64,000 nt of DNA from a virus: positions 32,001 to 96,000 of the IMG/VR virus record IMGVR_UViG_3300005758_000132; one strand, written 5' to 3'. Made by a program: the position numbers and the translations under genes. How positions within the stretch are numbered: position 1 is the first letter of the stretch; every line of letters starts with the position of its first letter. Under the pieces are notes generated by a model. It saw only the letters and a list, made by a program, of their open reading frames with translations, searched no databases and was not told the origin of the DNA. Positions 49,456 through 57,985 of the stretch are shown here, one piece after another.

Positions 49456-50796
49456 TCAAGGTTGAATTATGACTGAAGAGCCCCACGCGACTGGTGGGTT
49501 AGTTCCGCCTAGCATCGCCCAAATCACTCTGGTATCCGCAGGCGGCGTTGCTGGCGCCGTTCCGTACCCGTCTGTAATGTAGACCAGAACATTAGCGCGC
49601 TTGTTTCTAGGCAGCTTAGCGTGCGCATCAAACGCAGGTCGAAAATCAGTACCACCGCCGCCCCGCAATTTGATTTTATCCACGTCCTGCACGCTTACCT
49701 CGCGCAGCTCGTGCATTTCTGCGTCACACTGTCCCCACATCACTTCACTGCGCGTGGTTTCCAGCACGCCGCGGACTTCAGCTAGCGCGTTTTCTAGCAG
49801 GCTAACCATAGAGCCGGAGGTATCCATGACCACCATTACGCGGACCTTCGGCTCTACCTGTCTAGGCTGCAAAAACTGCCCGTACGTGCGCCGTGCGAAT
49901 CTCGACCAGTCGTTGCGCGTATTGCCTTTGACGCTCTCAGTAGCGCGCCGTACCGCGGTGCGTAGCTGCGCTCTCCAGTCTACCTTCGACTTTTTACGCC
50001 GTTGAGCGTCTAGGCGGATGCCGCTGGGGATCGTTCCTTGCTGCGCGGCGCGTGCTACTGAGTCAGTCATGCTATCTACGAGCGCCTGACTATCCGCGGA
50101 GGACAACCCAGCGTACTTGCCCATATCGTCGCCGCTGGTATCGGCAGCGTCACCGCTCTGCGCGCTACCGCCCGTGCGCGTCTTAGCCGCGGCCTGCTCA
50201 GACTTGTCACTTGCGTCGTCAGCCACTCCAGCTGAGGCGTCGATTTCGTCCTGAAGCTCTTGCTCGATCTGCGTAGGAGCGCCAGCACCTGATCCGCAAC
50301 CCTGCGCGCTCATAGGCTGAGCTTGTTTCGCCTGCTTGCCCTGCTTCGCGAGCAAGGCCGCATAATAGTCCTCTGCTGTTAGATGCACAGGACAACCGAT
50401 CGTCTCTGGGAAGACCGGCTCGCCTGGAAACTTACATCCCGCGTCACGGAGGTCATCGTTGATCTCAGCATCACACGCGATATTCCAATTTCGCGCAGAC
50501 TCTTGCCCTACGATACCTAGCGCCTTGGCTCGCGCGCCGTGCTGCTGCCAGAGATGAAGCAGCTCGTGCAGAAGCACGGTTGCCAGCTCTTCGTGCTTCC
50601 ACTTCCCGACAACGTCTTCATTGAGAATCACTACCCACTTGTCACTGACGCACGCCGCGAAAGACGGATCGGGAACTGTGACGAGCAACGGGGTAAGCGC
50701 TGCCAGCTCCACGCTCCAGTAGGGCATCCGCCTGGACGCCGCCACGAACGCGCGCTCAACCAGCGCCTCGAAATCTTTATTTGTGCTTATCTTCAT
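49456..50796 (-). CDS. DUF2201-type metallopeptidase plus VWA domain protein
   Basis: HELLH, WNIACDAEIND, MIDAS DTSGSM, GGGGTDF and ITDG motifs. Confidence 0.88.
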   Translation of the reverse strand: MKISTNKDFEALVERAFVAASRRMPYWSVELAALTPLLVTVPDPSFAACVSDKWVVILNEDVVGKWKHEELATVLLHELLHLWQQHGARAKALGIVGQESARNWNIACDAEINDDLRDAGCKFPGEPVFPETIGCPVHLTAEDYYAALLAKQGKQAKQAQPMSAQGCGSGAGAPTQIEQELQDEIDASAGVADDASDKSEQAAAKTRTGGSAQSGDAADTSGDDMGKYAGLSSADSQALVDSMTDSVARAAQQGTIPSGIRLDAQRRKKSKVDWRAQLRTAVRRATESVKGNTRNDWSRFARRTYGQFLQPRQVEPKVRVMVVMDTSGSMVSLLENALAEVRGVLETTRSEVMWGQCDAEMHELREVSVQDVDKIKLRGGGGTDFRPAFDAHAKLPRNKRANVLVYITDGYGTAPATPPADTRVIWAMLGGTNPPVAWGSSVIIQP

Positions 50797-50805
50797 GTCG
50801 ATCCT

Positions 50806-50834
50806 TGTATACGCGCAAACGTTTTTCGCGTCAA
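50806..50834 (-). promoter_or_regulatory. sigma70-like promoter
   Basis: TTGACG-17nt-TATACA with AAACGTTT in the spacer; the -10 is only 9 nt from the ATG. Confidence 0.65.
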
Positions 50835-50842
50835 CTCATATC

Positions 50843-52042
50843 TCACGAGCGAGCAGACTTTGCGAGCACGCCAATCGTGGTCAGTACCTTGCGCAGGTCC
50901 TTATCGAGCCTCGCAATCTCGTCGACGCGGATGACTCCTCCCAGCATCGATACAGCGTTCACCAAGATGTCCCGGCGACGCTCGAAGGTGCCCATGAAAG
51001 CCACGAACCTAGCCAGCTCTTCGTCGCGCTTACCAGGCTCCATGGACTGAAGCTGAATCACTGCCGCCAGAAGGAAGGCCGCTGTGCGGTCGAGACGCTC
51101 TGCGCGATGCTCAAAGTCTACCTGACCTCGCAGCCACATCTTAGCGTCCGGAAGATCCGCGTCCCTCAGCCACGCGCGGAACTCTGCGTAGACTGATTTT
51201 CCTACGCAGCCGACCTGAAACGCGTCCGCGTCGTCGTGGTCCAGCTTGTGAACCTTGCTGCTAGCCCTAGCGCGCGTGAACATATCCCAGGATCGCGGAC
51301 TCGCCCACGCGCCAGCAGCGTCCTTAGACGCCGGCTCAGGAAGCACCAGACGTCTCGTGGGACGCGCGCTGAGGAACCCGATGACGTCTGCGCTAGCCGC
51401 GGCGAAGGCTTCAGGCCACGCGGCCATCACAGCGTCTTCGCGCTCCTCTGGCGTTGTGGTAGGCGCGGCAGCGTCGTTGACGCCTTCACGAAGGACTAGC
51501 CACTCCGCCCACTGCTCGAAGGCGGGAATGTCCGCCGTGAGATGACACCAGCGATTCGCGAACGCCATCGGCAGGTCTACGCCTCCAGCGGCGCTAGCGA
51601 TATCCGTAGGGTTAATCGCGGAGACAAACCGCGTGCCTTCACCCAATGAGAAACTACCGCAGGCGCGCTCGTTGACGACGCGCATGAAGGCGGAGAACAC
51701 CGGCGGTGGGCAGGTGTTTAGCTCGTCGAGCAGTACAATAGACCTACCCGCCGTGGCTGCACGCCGCGCCCAAGCAGGTGGAGCGTAGTCCATCTCGCGG
51801 ACGGTCTGGATCCGTCCGCCAACCTCGACCTTGTTTTCAGTCAGGAACGGATGCCCTTGCGCCTCTACGCTCTCCATGAGCGAGAGGACTAGCGTTTCGA
51901 CATGCACGCCGAGCTGCTCACCGAGCTGCTCGATCATCGCCGTCTTACCAATGCCTGGAGCGCCTTCCAGCTTAACTGGCACGCCCCATCCGCGCCGGGT
52001 GGGGGTGTAAAAAGCTGCCTTCAGAATGTCAAAAGTACCCAT
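50843..52042 (-). CDS. MoxR-like AAA+ ATPase
   Basis: GAPGIGKT, LLDELN, SAINP, NRW and SPRSW motifs. Confidence 0.9.
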   Translation of the reverse strand: MGTFDILKAAFYTPTRRGWGVPVKLEGAPGIGKTAMIEQLGEQLGVHVETLVLSLMESVEAQGHPFLTENKVEVGGRIQTVREMDYAPPAWARRAATAGRSIVLLDELNTCPPPVFSAFMRVVNERACGSFSLGEGTRFVSAINPTDIASAAGGVDLPMAFANRWCHLTADIPAFEQWAEWLVLREGVNDAAAPTTTPEEREDAVMAAWPEAFAAASADVIGFLSARPTRRLVLPEPASKDAAGAWASPRSWDMFTRARASSKVHKLDHDDADAFQVGCVGKSVYAEFRAWLRDADLPDAKMWLRGQVDFEHRAERLDRTAAFLLAAVIQLQSMEPGKRDEELARFVAFMGTFERRRDILVNAVSMLGGVIRVDEIARLDKDLRKVLTTIGVLAKSARS

Positions 52043-52071
52043 GTCTCAATCTCCTTGTTCTAGGTGACGCG

Positions 52072-52117
52072 AGCCTAGACTAAAGCTGCGCGTCTGTAAA
52101 TAGAAAAAACGTTTTTC
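52072..52117 (-). promoter_or_regulatory. putative promoter with upstream palindrome
   Basis: TTTACA-17nt-TAGGCT with AAAAACGTTTTT just upstream of the -35. Confidence 0.5.
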
Positions 52118-52126
52118 TCGAAGGTG

Positions 52127-52429
52127 TTACTTGGCGAACTTCACCGTTGCCACGGCCGACTCGTTGCGAAACTCTAGCACTTCAGGTCTCGCCTTGGCGT
52201 AACCTGCGAGACCTTTGGAGTCCCACGAAGTACGCGTGGAGACCTTCACGGTCCCGTAGTCAGTCTCCAAGTCTCCATTCTCGACTGCGTAAGCTCGAAG
52301 CTCTTTCTTCAGGTCCTCGATCTGCGCCTCAAGCGCAGCGATTTCCGGATTTGCTTCATAGATAGCAGTCAGCAGCTCTTGCAGCTTTGCTGCTTTCTTA
52401 AAGACCTTCTCGATTTCCTTACCCGTCAT
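52127..52429 (-). CDS. small coiled-coil protein (Gam/Gp157-like shape)
   Basis: coiled coil followed by YGTVKVS..W beta segment; AAGGAG RBS. Confidence 0.45.
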   Translation of the reverse strand: MTGKEIEKVFKKAAKLQELLTAIYEANPEIAALEAQIEDLKKELRAYAVENGDLETDYGTVKVSTRTSWDSKGLAGYAKARPEVLEFRNESAVATVKFAK

Positions 52430-52464
52430 CTTAGCGCTCCTTGGTTTCCGTTCCTTACAAGCCG

Positions 52465-52510
52465 ATTATATATGCGCGAGCGCAGTCGTCAACAGAAAAA
52501 ACGTTTTTTC
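52465..52510 (-). promoter_or_regulatory. promoter with upstream palindrome
   Basis: TTGACG-16nt-TATAAT; GAAAAAACGTTTTTTC at 52495-52510. Confidence 0.65.
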
Positions 52511-52529
52511 TGTAAACAATGTAAAACGC

Positions 52530-52554
52530 AAAAAAGCCGGGTGGTTACCCGGCT
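52530..52554 (-). terminator. rho-independent terminator
   Basis: GCCGGGT-AACC-ACCCGGC followed by TTTTTT on the - strand. Confidence 0.85.
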
Positions 52555-52578
52555 TGTTCATAGGTGAAGACTACAGGC

Positions 52579-54186
52579 TCAGGTCACGTGTACGCGCACA
52601 GCCGCCTTGCAGCGCGCGGCTAGCTCGACGTTTTGCGTAATCAGTACGATGAGACATGAGGCTGCGCGCTCCTCCAGTACCGTTGCCACAGCGTCTACGC
52701 CTGCGACGTCGAGCGTGTCAAACGTGTCGTCGAAGAGCAGCGGTAAGGAAACGCTCGCGGGCGCCGCGTACAGATCCGCGATAGCTAGCATCAGCGCGAC
52801 GTCAATGCGTCGTCTCTCGCCACCGCTGGCGCCTGCGTAGTTATCAGCGCCCAGACCTTCAACTGCTACGCTCAGCTTGTCACTGACGCCTCCGGTCTTT
52901 TTCTCCTGATAGGTTTTGATGGTCAGCGCCATCGGCGCGTTCATGCGACTGAGAGTATTATTCGCCGAGGCTTCAATGGCGCGCACGCCTTCCTCGAAAA
53001 GTCTAACGCGCGCGCCTTGTAGGCCAAGCACAGAGTCCGCGAATCCTAGCTTGCGCAGGTCATCGTTGATGATCGCGAGCTTGGAGCGGCGCTCTTCGAT
53101 GCGTCGCTCTAACTCCTCCACTTTCACCTCTAACTTGTCGATCGTCTTGATATGGCTATCGCGCACAGACGCGAGCCCTTGCACGCGCAGTATCTCACTG
53201 TTGATCTCATTAGCAGCGCGCGTCAGCCGTTGTACCAAGGCCGCGGCTGCGTCACGCGCGATCTTGGCTTGTGTCGCCGTTGTCTTGGCGCTATTCGCAG
53301 CGTCCCTAGCCTTTTTCACGTCCGCGTCTAGTCGTGCTACGCGGTCCTCGTGAGCCTTGTGCGCGTCCTCGTTTAGGTCATAGGGCCTACCGCAGGTCTC
53401 GCACTCCGTTGGAGCCTGTTGTCCGTGCGTGTAGTCTAGCTCCGTGCTCAGCTCCCTTAGCTTAGCCATTGCAGCGCCGAATTCACGTTGCGCAACGCGG
53501 TCTCCGTTTAGCTTTCTCGCCTCATCCTCCTGAGCTGCGAGCAACTGCTTATAGGTATCGTCGAGGCGCTTTCGCAACGCGGAGTCGTCTACGTCAGCGG
53601 CTATATCTGCGAGCTGTTGATACGCGTCCGTCAGCGACTCGTTTGCCATCTCTAGTTGACCGTTGTCACCTGTCAGAGCGCTCTCAAGAAGGTCCTTTTC
53701 ACGCTGTTTTTGACGCTTGTCATCGCGCAACGAGGTAAGCGCTGCGTCAAAGCGTCCAAGGCCTAGAAGACCCTCTAGGAGGGCCTTGCGCTCGCTGTCT
53801 TTCGCGTCAGAGAACCTATTGGCGTCGTAGGAGGAAAAGACGCACGACTTGCGCCAGCCGTCAAAAGTGAGCCCAAGCCTTTCTTCTAGCCTTTCTTGAC
53901 CCTTTTTTGAGCCTTCTGAAGCGCCTTCAGGAGCGCCGTTGATTGACCACGCCAGCTTGCCGCTTGACCTACTGATCTTGAGTCCGCCTAGCTCAACCTC
54001 GACTGACGCCTTGGCGCCGGGGTGCGTGTCACGCACTGTTTTGCCATAGAGCGCCCACGCCAACGTCTCAACGTATCGCGTGCTCTTACCAGCACCGTTA
54101 TGGCCTGTGATCACGACTAGTCCGGTTTTCGGAAAGTCTATATTGATGGCGTCATGGCCGTAGAATTTCGACGCGCGTACTTTCAT
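52579..54186 (-). CDS. SbcC/Rad50/gp46-like ATPase
   Basis: GHNGAGKST, CETC zinc hook, SGGE signature and LLFDD. Confidence 0.92.
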   Translation of the reverse strand: MKVRASKFYGHDAINIDFPKTGLVVITGHNGAGKSTRYVETLAWALYGKTVRDTHPGAKASVEVELGGLKISRSSGKLAWSINGAPEGASEGSKKGQERLEERLGLTFDGWRKSCVFSSYDANRFSDAKDSERKALLEGLLGLGRFDAALTSLRDDKRQKQREKDLLESALTGDNGQLEMANESLTDAYQQLADIAADVDDSALRKRLDDTYKQLLAAQEDEARKLNGDRVAQREFGAAMAKLRELSTELDYTHGQQAPTECETCGRPYDLNEDAHKAHEDRVARLDADVKKARDAANSAKTTATQAKIARDAAAALVQRLTRAANEINSEILRVQGLASVRDSHIKTIDKLEVKVEELERRIEERRSKLAIINDDLRKLGFADSVLGLQGARVRLFEEGVRAIEASANNTLSRMNAPMALTIKTYQEKKTGGVSDKLSVAVEGLGADNYAGASGGERRRIDVALMLAIADLYAAPASVSLPLLFDDTFDTLDVAGVDAVATVLEERAASCLIVLITQNVELAARCKAAVRVHVT

Positions 54187-55271
54187 TCCGCCCCCCGATA
54201 ATAGGACAGCGCGAGCTGCGCCACACCGTTCACCTCGTCTTCCGGCGCGACGGTCTCAGCGTGCGCCCATATAGCCTCTTCAATCGAGACGACTGACGAT
54301 GCGCGTGTTTTTACGTCATCCGCCTTAGCTATTTCGTCAGCGCGCTCTTTGTGCGCTACTACGAGCACATTTCCCGGCAGCGAGCCTTTATCAATCTTGC
54401 CGATTTCTCGCGGATGAACCTTGAGTTTAACGCGCGCCCGAGCAGTCTCTTGCAAGAGTTCGAGAGCCTGCTCTACGGAGTCTGCCACCAGGAATGTAGG
54501 AATATCCTCCACTCGTTGCGGCGTGAGACGCGTGACCTTGTCACTCTTAGGGTCTACCTCCGCGCAGCTGATCCATCCGTAGTAGGTATGGCCTTCGTAC
54601 TCCGTAGCGTTATCCCAACCCGTCGGACATAGCGCACCTATCTGCTCTACAGCTCCGCTCGTCATGCGCGTGTGCCAGTCACCGACATACATTCTCGCGC
54701 CGGGCAAGCACTTCGCGAGCAACGCGTTAGCCTGAGCGATAGTGAGCGCGCCCTCAGATCCAGTAAGAAACGGGGGTGTTTTCTCCGTGATTATTCCGCA
54801 GTGCGCTACTACAATATGCGTTTTGTACAGAATATCGCTGTTTGCGTCAGTCCAGTCCTTCATTCTCGTGCCTCTTGGCGGAGGTGGGAAAAACGCGATA
54901 TTCACATCTCCTACGCTGCGCTTCGTGGGCGCGTCTACGACCGACACGTTGCTCAAAAACGTTAACGGCACGCACGCGTGATCGTTTGGCGCATCCGTAA
55001 CACGATCGTGATTGCCTACTAGCACGATGATATCGCCACCGCGCGCTAGCTCACGCATCACGGCTGCCACCACCTGTGGCGTAGGCTTGGCTACATCGAA
55101 CAGATCACCACATACAATGAGCGTGGCCTTTTCAGCCTTAGCTATCGCGATCGCTTGTGCCAGTGCGCGTAGGTGATCTTGGCAGCGGTCATTGACCCCG
55201 CACACTGACGCTCCGCCCTGCAATGTGTGATTCCCGACGTGGACGTCTGCGACAAAGAAGAAACGCTTCAT
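54183..55271 (-). CDS. SbcD/Mre11/gp47-like metallophosphoesterase nuclease
   Basis: ADVH, GDLFD, GNHD and GDWH motifs. Confidence 0.92.
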   Translation of the reverse strand: MKRFFFVADVHVGNHTLQGGASVCGVNDRCQDHLRALAQAIAIAKAEKATLIVCGDLFDVAKPTPQVVAAVMRELARGGDIIVLVGNHDRVTDAPNDHACVPLTFLSNVSVVDAPTKRSVGDVNIAFFPPPPRGTRMKDWTDANSDILYKTHIVVAHCGIITEKTPPFLTGSEGALTIAQANALLAKCLPGARMYVGDWHTRMTSGAVEQIGALCPTGWDNATEYEGHTYYGWISCAEVDPKSDKVTRLTPQRVEDIPTFLVADSVEQALELLQETARARVKLKVHPREIGKIDKGSLPGNVLVVAHKERADEIAKADDVKTRASSVVSIEEAIWAHAETVAPEDEVNGVAQLALSYYRGAE

Positions 55272-56326
55272 CCGTTATCCTCCTCGTCAAGCACGACTTC
55301 AACGTCTTCCGCCACATCCGCAGGCTCGTCTTCCGCGTCTTCGCCTAGCAAGTCTTCGGGCCGATTAGACGGCGCAGACCTAGCGGTTAGGAGCATGTCG
55401 AGAACGCGCTCAAACAACTCTGGGTCAGCTAGCGCTTCTTTCGGCGCGTCGCCCTCGCCCAGCGCGGTGCCGTCTACGAGCGCATAGGCTCGCTTCCGTT
55501 TCTTTATGACTCCTGCGTCGAGTGCCGCAGTGAACAGGTCAGTTTCCTTGTCGATACCGCGACCAAATACAATCTCCCAGGAGCCTTCGCAGAATGGTGG
55601 GGCGAGCTTGTTTTTGACCACTTTACCGATGATTTTCTCGCCTACCACTGAGCTGCGCTTCGTGATCCTACCTCCACGCTTTAGCTCTACGCGAACAGAC
55701 GCGTAGAACTTGAGCGCCATGCCGCCTGGAGTAGTTGTGGGGCTGCCATAGACGACGCCAATTTTCGATCTAGTCTGATTGATAAAAATCACCGTCGAGT
55801 TCGCTGCGTGCACCTCTGCCGCCAGAACTCTGCACGTCTGTCCCATCAACCGCGCCTGTAGACCTACGTGCGAGTCTCCGATCTCGCCATCAAGCTCTTT
55901 TTTAGGAGTGAGCGCCGCAACTGAATCGATGATGATTAGCCTAGCCCCTGCGCGCACACCTACTCGCGCAGTCTCTAGCGCGTCTTCACCATTGTCTGGC
56001 TGCGCAACCGCGAGCGTCGGCAAATCCACGCCTAGCGTTTCCGCATATGAGAGGTCGAGCGCGTGCTCCGCATCGACAAACAACACGTCGAGTCCAAGCG
56101 CTTGCGCCTGTACAATAGCCAGCAGGCATAGCGTCGTTTTTCCGACGCTTTCAGGTCCGTATATCTCGACGATTCTTCCTTGCGGCCAGCCATATATTCC
56201 AAGCGCTTGATCGAGCGATAAGATGCCAGTCGGGATCACCTCGATACCTGTTTCCGCTTTACCAATCGCGGAGACGGCGCAGCCTTTCTTTTGCTCGTTC
56301 ATGCGAGCGACGAGATCCTTAGCCAT
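55268..56326 (-). CDS. recA: recombinase RecA
   Basis: GPESVGKTT, IIIDSVAAL, GLQARLM and ALKFYASVR; start reassigned to ATG 56326 (GGAG RBS). Confidence 0.95.
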   Translation of the reverse strand: MAKDLVARMNEQKKGCAVSAIGKAETGIEVIPTGILSLDQALGIYGWPQGRIVEIYGPESVGKTTLCLLAIVQAQALGLDVLFVDAEHALDLSYAETLGVDLPTLAVAQPDNGEDALETARVGVRAGARLIIIDSVAALTPKKELDGEIGDSHVGLQARLMGQTCRVLAAEVHAANSTVIFINQTRSKIGVVYGSPTTTPGGMALKFYASVRVELKRGGRITKRSSVVGEKIIGKVVKNKLAPPFCEGSWEIVFGRGIDKETDLFTAALDAGVIKKRKRAYALVDGTALGEGDAPKEALADPELFERVLDMLLTARSAPSNRPEDLLGEDAEDEPADVAEDVEVVLDEEDNG

Positions 56327-56347
56327 GAAGATACTCCAATACAAACA

Positions 56348-56367
56348 CGCCCTCATTTCTGAGGGCG
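56348..56367 (-). terminator. hairpin between the SSB and recA genes
   Basis: CGCCCTCA-GAAA-TGAGGGCG followed by TGTTTGT. Confidence 0.55.
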
Positions 56368-56405
56368 CGATGTTTTGACGGTAGTTTACTCAGCGATTAC
56401 GGCGT

Positions 56406-57248
56406 TCAGTCGAGGTCTAACTCTAAGTCACTGAGGTCATCTGAAGCGGTGCGCGGCGTGCGTGTGGGCTGCTTTGTAGGAGCCTTCTGTGCCACTTGAC
56501 GCGGAGCACCCGCGCCTGAGCTGCTGCTTCGAATGCCAAGGGCTTCCATCATCTCTTCCATGGCCTCGCGTGTAGGCAGCTCGTGCGTCCACGCGATGGA
56601 CTCAGGACGCGCTCGCAGCCAATCGATATTGACAGGCCCACGCTCGTCGAGAACCGCTCTAATGTCCTTGTACTCCGTCTTCAGGCCAGTGCCTTGACGA
56701 GTGACGGTCACCGGGCAGCCGGTCCGCTTATCGGTGAAGTTGACCGCGGCACGACCGCGCAAGATGCCGAGAAGCGCGTCATCGATGGTCTTGCCATACG
56801 AAAATAGCTGCACTCCCAGCGCCTCTGACTCGTTGCTCGTGACGTCTACGACCTCCGCCACCACCTTGAGCTTCGGGCGAAGCTGTTTTGCGGTCTCCTT
56901 CGCCACCGGATCAGGTGAAGCGGAAAGCTGCTCCCAGCGCTTGCAGATCGGACAACTGCGGCGCGACCCATCCTCCATCGGCACTGATGCAGGACAAACG
57001 ATCGGACGCTTGAGCGACGGCGCGCGATGCTCCTTGAAGCGAACCCACGGCACACTCTCGCCGGGGCGCGGGGGGAGGAATCGCAGCACGGTCTCGCCCT
57101 GTTCGAGCTTGATCCAGCTCGCGCGAGCAGCACCAAACTCTTCGTAGGTGCTGTCGTGGTCCGCGGTCATCGCGGTTAGATCGCTGTCTCCAGCGAGCAT
57201 ATCGAGTTCATCATCATTGACAGGTGGCTTTTTATTTACAGGCTTCAA
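56406..57248 (-). CDS. gp32-like single-stranded DNA-binding protein
   Basis: LRFLPP, H..C..CPIC Zn site, GTGLKTEY, acidic C-terminal tail. Confidence 0.85.
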   Translation of the reverse strand: MKPVNKKPPVNDDELDMLAGDSDLTAMTADHDSTYEEFGAARASWIKLEQGETVLRFLPPRPGESVPWVRFKEHRAPSLKRPIVCPASVPMEDGSRRSCPICKRWEQLSASPDPVAKETAKQLRPKLKVVAEVVDVTSNESEALGVQLFSYGKTIDDALLGILRGRAAVNFTDKRTGCPVTVTRQGTGLKTEYKDIRAVLDERGPVNIDWLRARPESIAWTHELPTREAMEEMMEALGIRSSSSGAGAPRQVAQKAPTKQPTRTPRTASDDLSDLELDLD

Positions 57249-57296
57249 TTTTCATTCTCCCTTAGCTTAACGCGGACGTCGCCGCCGTTTGCTCTC

Positions 57297-57773
57297 TCAC
57301 GCGTCAGTCGCCAGCGCGCGCTTGTGCGCACCGAGACTGACTAGCATGTCCTTTTTTGATCGCAACGCCTCAACTACGGCGTTGATTTTCGCCTCGTTAT
57401 CCTCAGCGGTATGCAGGGTCTGCGTAGCCTCTACCACTGATGGATGCTCGCTGACAAGCGCCTTGATATCTTCGACCGTCAGCTTAGCGCTAGGTCCTGA
57501 CTGCGCCTTCACTAGCTCGCGCGCCTCAGCCTTGGCGAGATCGAGCCCTAGCTTAGCGCTATTGATGCGCGTCTGCGCCTTGGCGCGATTGTAGAGCCAG
57601 AAAGCGTAATCACCTGCGAAGTGCGAGAATTCCGTCTCTAGGTCGTCCTCGTTTATCGTAACGATATCAGTCACCTTTTTCGGTAATGCTGACACCTGAA
57701 TATCGTCAAAATCCTCTATGTTATTTGACACGTAGCTTTTCCTCTGAATCCGCTTTTTTAACCCATGTTCCAA
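57297..57773 (-). CDS. UvsY-like recombination mediator (putative)
   Basis: helical protein with KLTVEDIKA segment next to SSB/RecA; start may be GTG 57695. Confidence 0.55.
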   Translation of the reverse strand: MEHGLKKRIQRKSYVSNNIEDFDDIQVSALPKKVTDIVTINEDDLETEFSHFAGDYAFWLYNRAKAQTRINSAKLGLDLAKAEARELVKAQSGPSAKLTVEDIKALVSEHPSVVEATQTLHTAEDNEAKINAVVEALRSKKDMLVSLGAHKRALATDA

Positions 57774-57888
57774 GAGTGGTGAGAAGCGCGAACGCGGCTA
57801 CAGCGGACACGCATACCGACGTCGCGGACAGCGTCGTGGTAGACGCCAGGTTGGCTGCGAACATGCTTGATAACGCGATCCGAATCAT
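57721..57888 (-). CDS. small hydrophobic protein
   Basis: ATG 57888 with GGAGG RBS just after a promoter; 55 aa with a hydrophobic core. Confidence 0.45.
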   Translation of the reverse strand: MIRIALSSMFAANLASTTTLSATSVCVSAVAAFALLTTLGTWVKKADSEEKLRVK

Positions 57889-57931
57889 CCGGCCCTCCGC
57901 TACTCGTAGAAGCTCAACCGCTTCTGAATCG

Positions 57932-57960
57932 TGTATAATGGCGAACGTTTTTCGTGTCAA
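57932..57960 (-). promoter_or_regulatory. sigma70-like promoter
   Basis: TTGACA-17nt-TATACA; the spacer begins CGAAAAACGTT. Confidence 0.75.
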
Positions 57961-57985
57961 CATAAAACAACGCGGACCGCGCTTT

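Noticed and set aside
37746-57960. Apparent shared peptide MTRKTF/LTRKTF at the start of ORFs 37503-37763 and 42866-43132 and inside 57721-58014
   Set aside because: It is the translation of the repeated promoter (TTGAC[AG]CGAAAAACGTTT); better starts with an RBS lie downstream.
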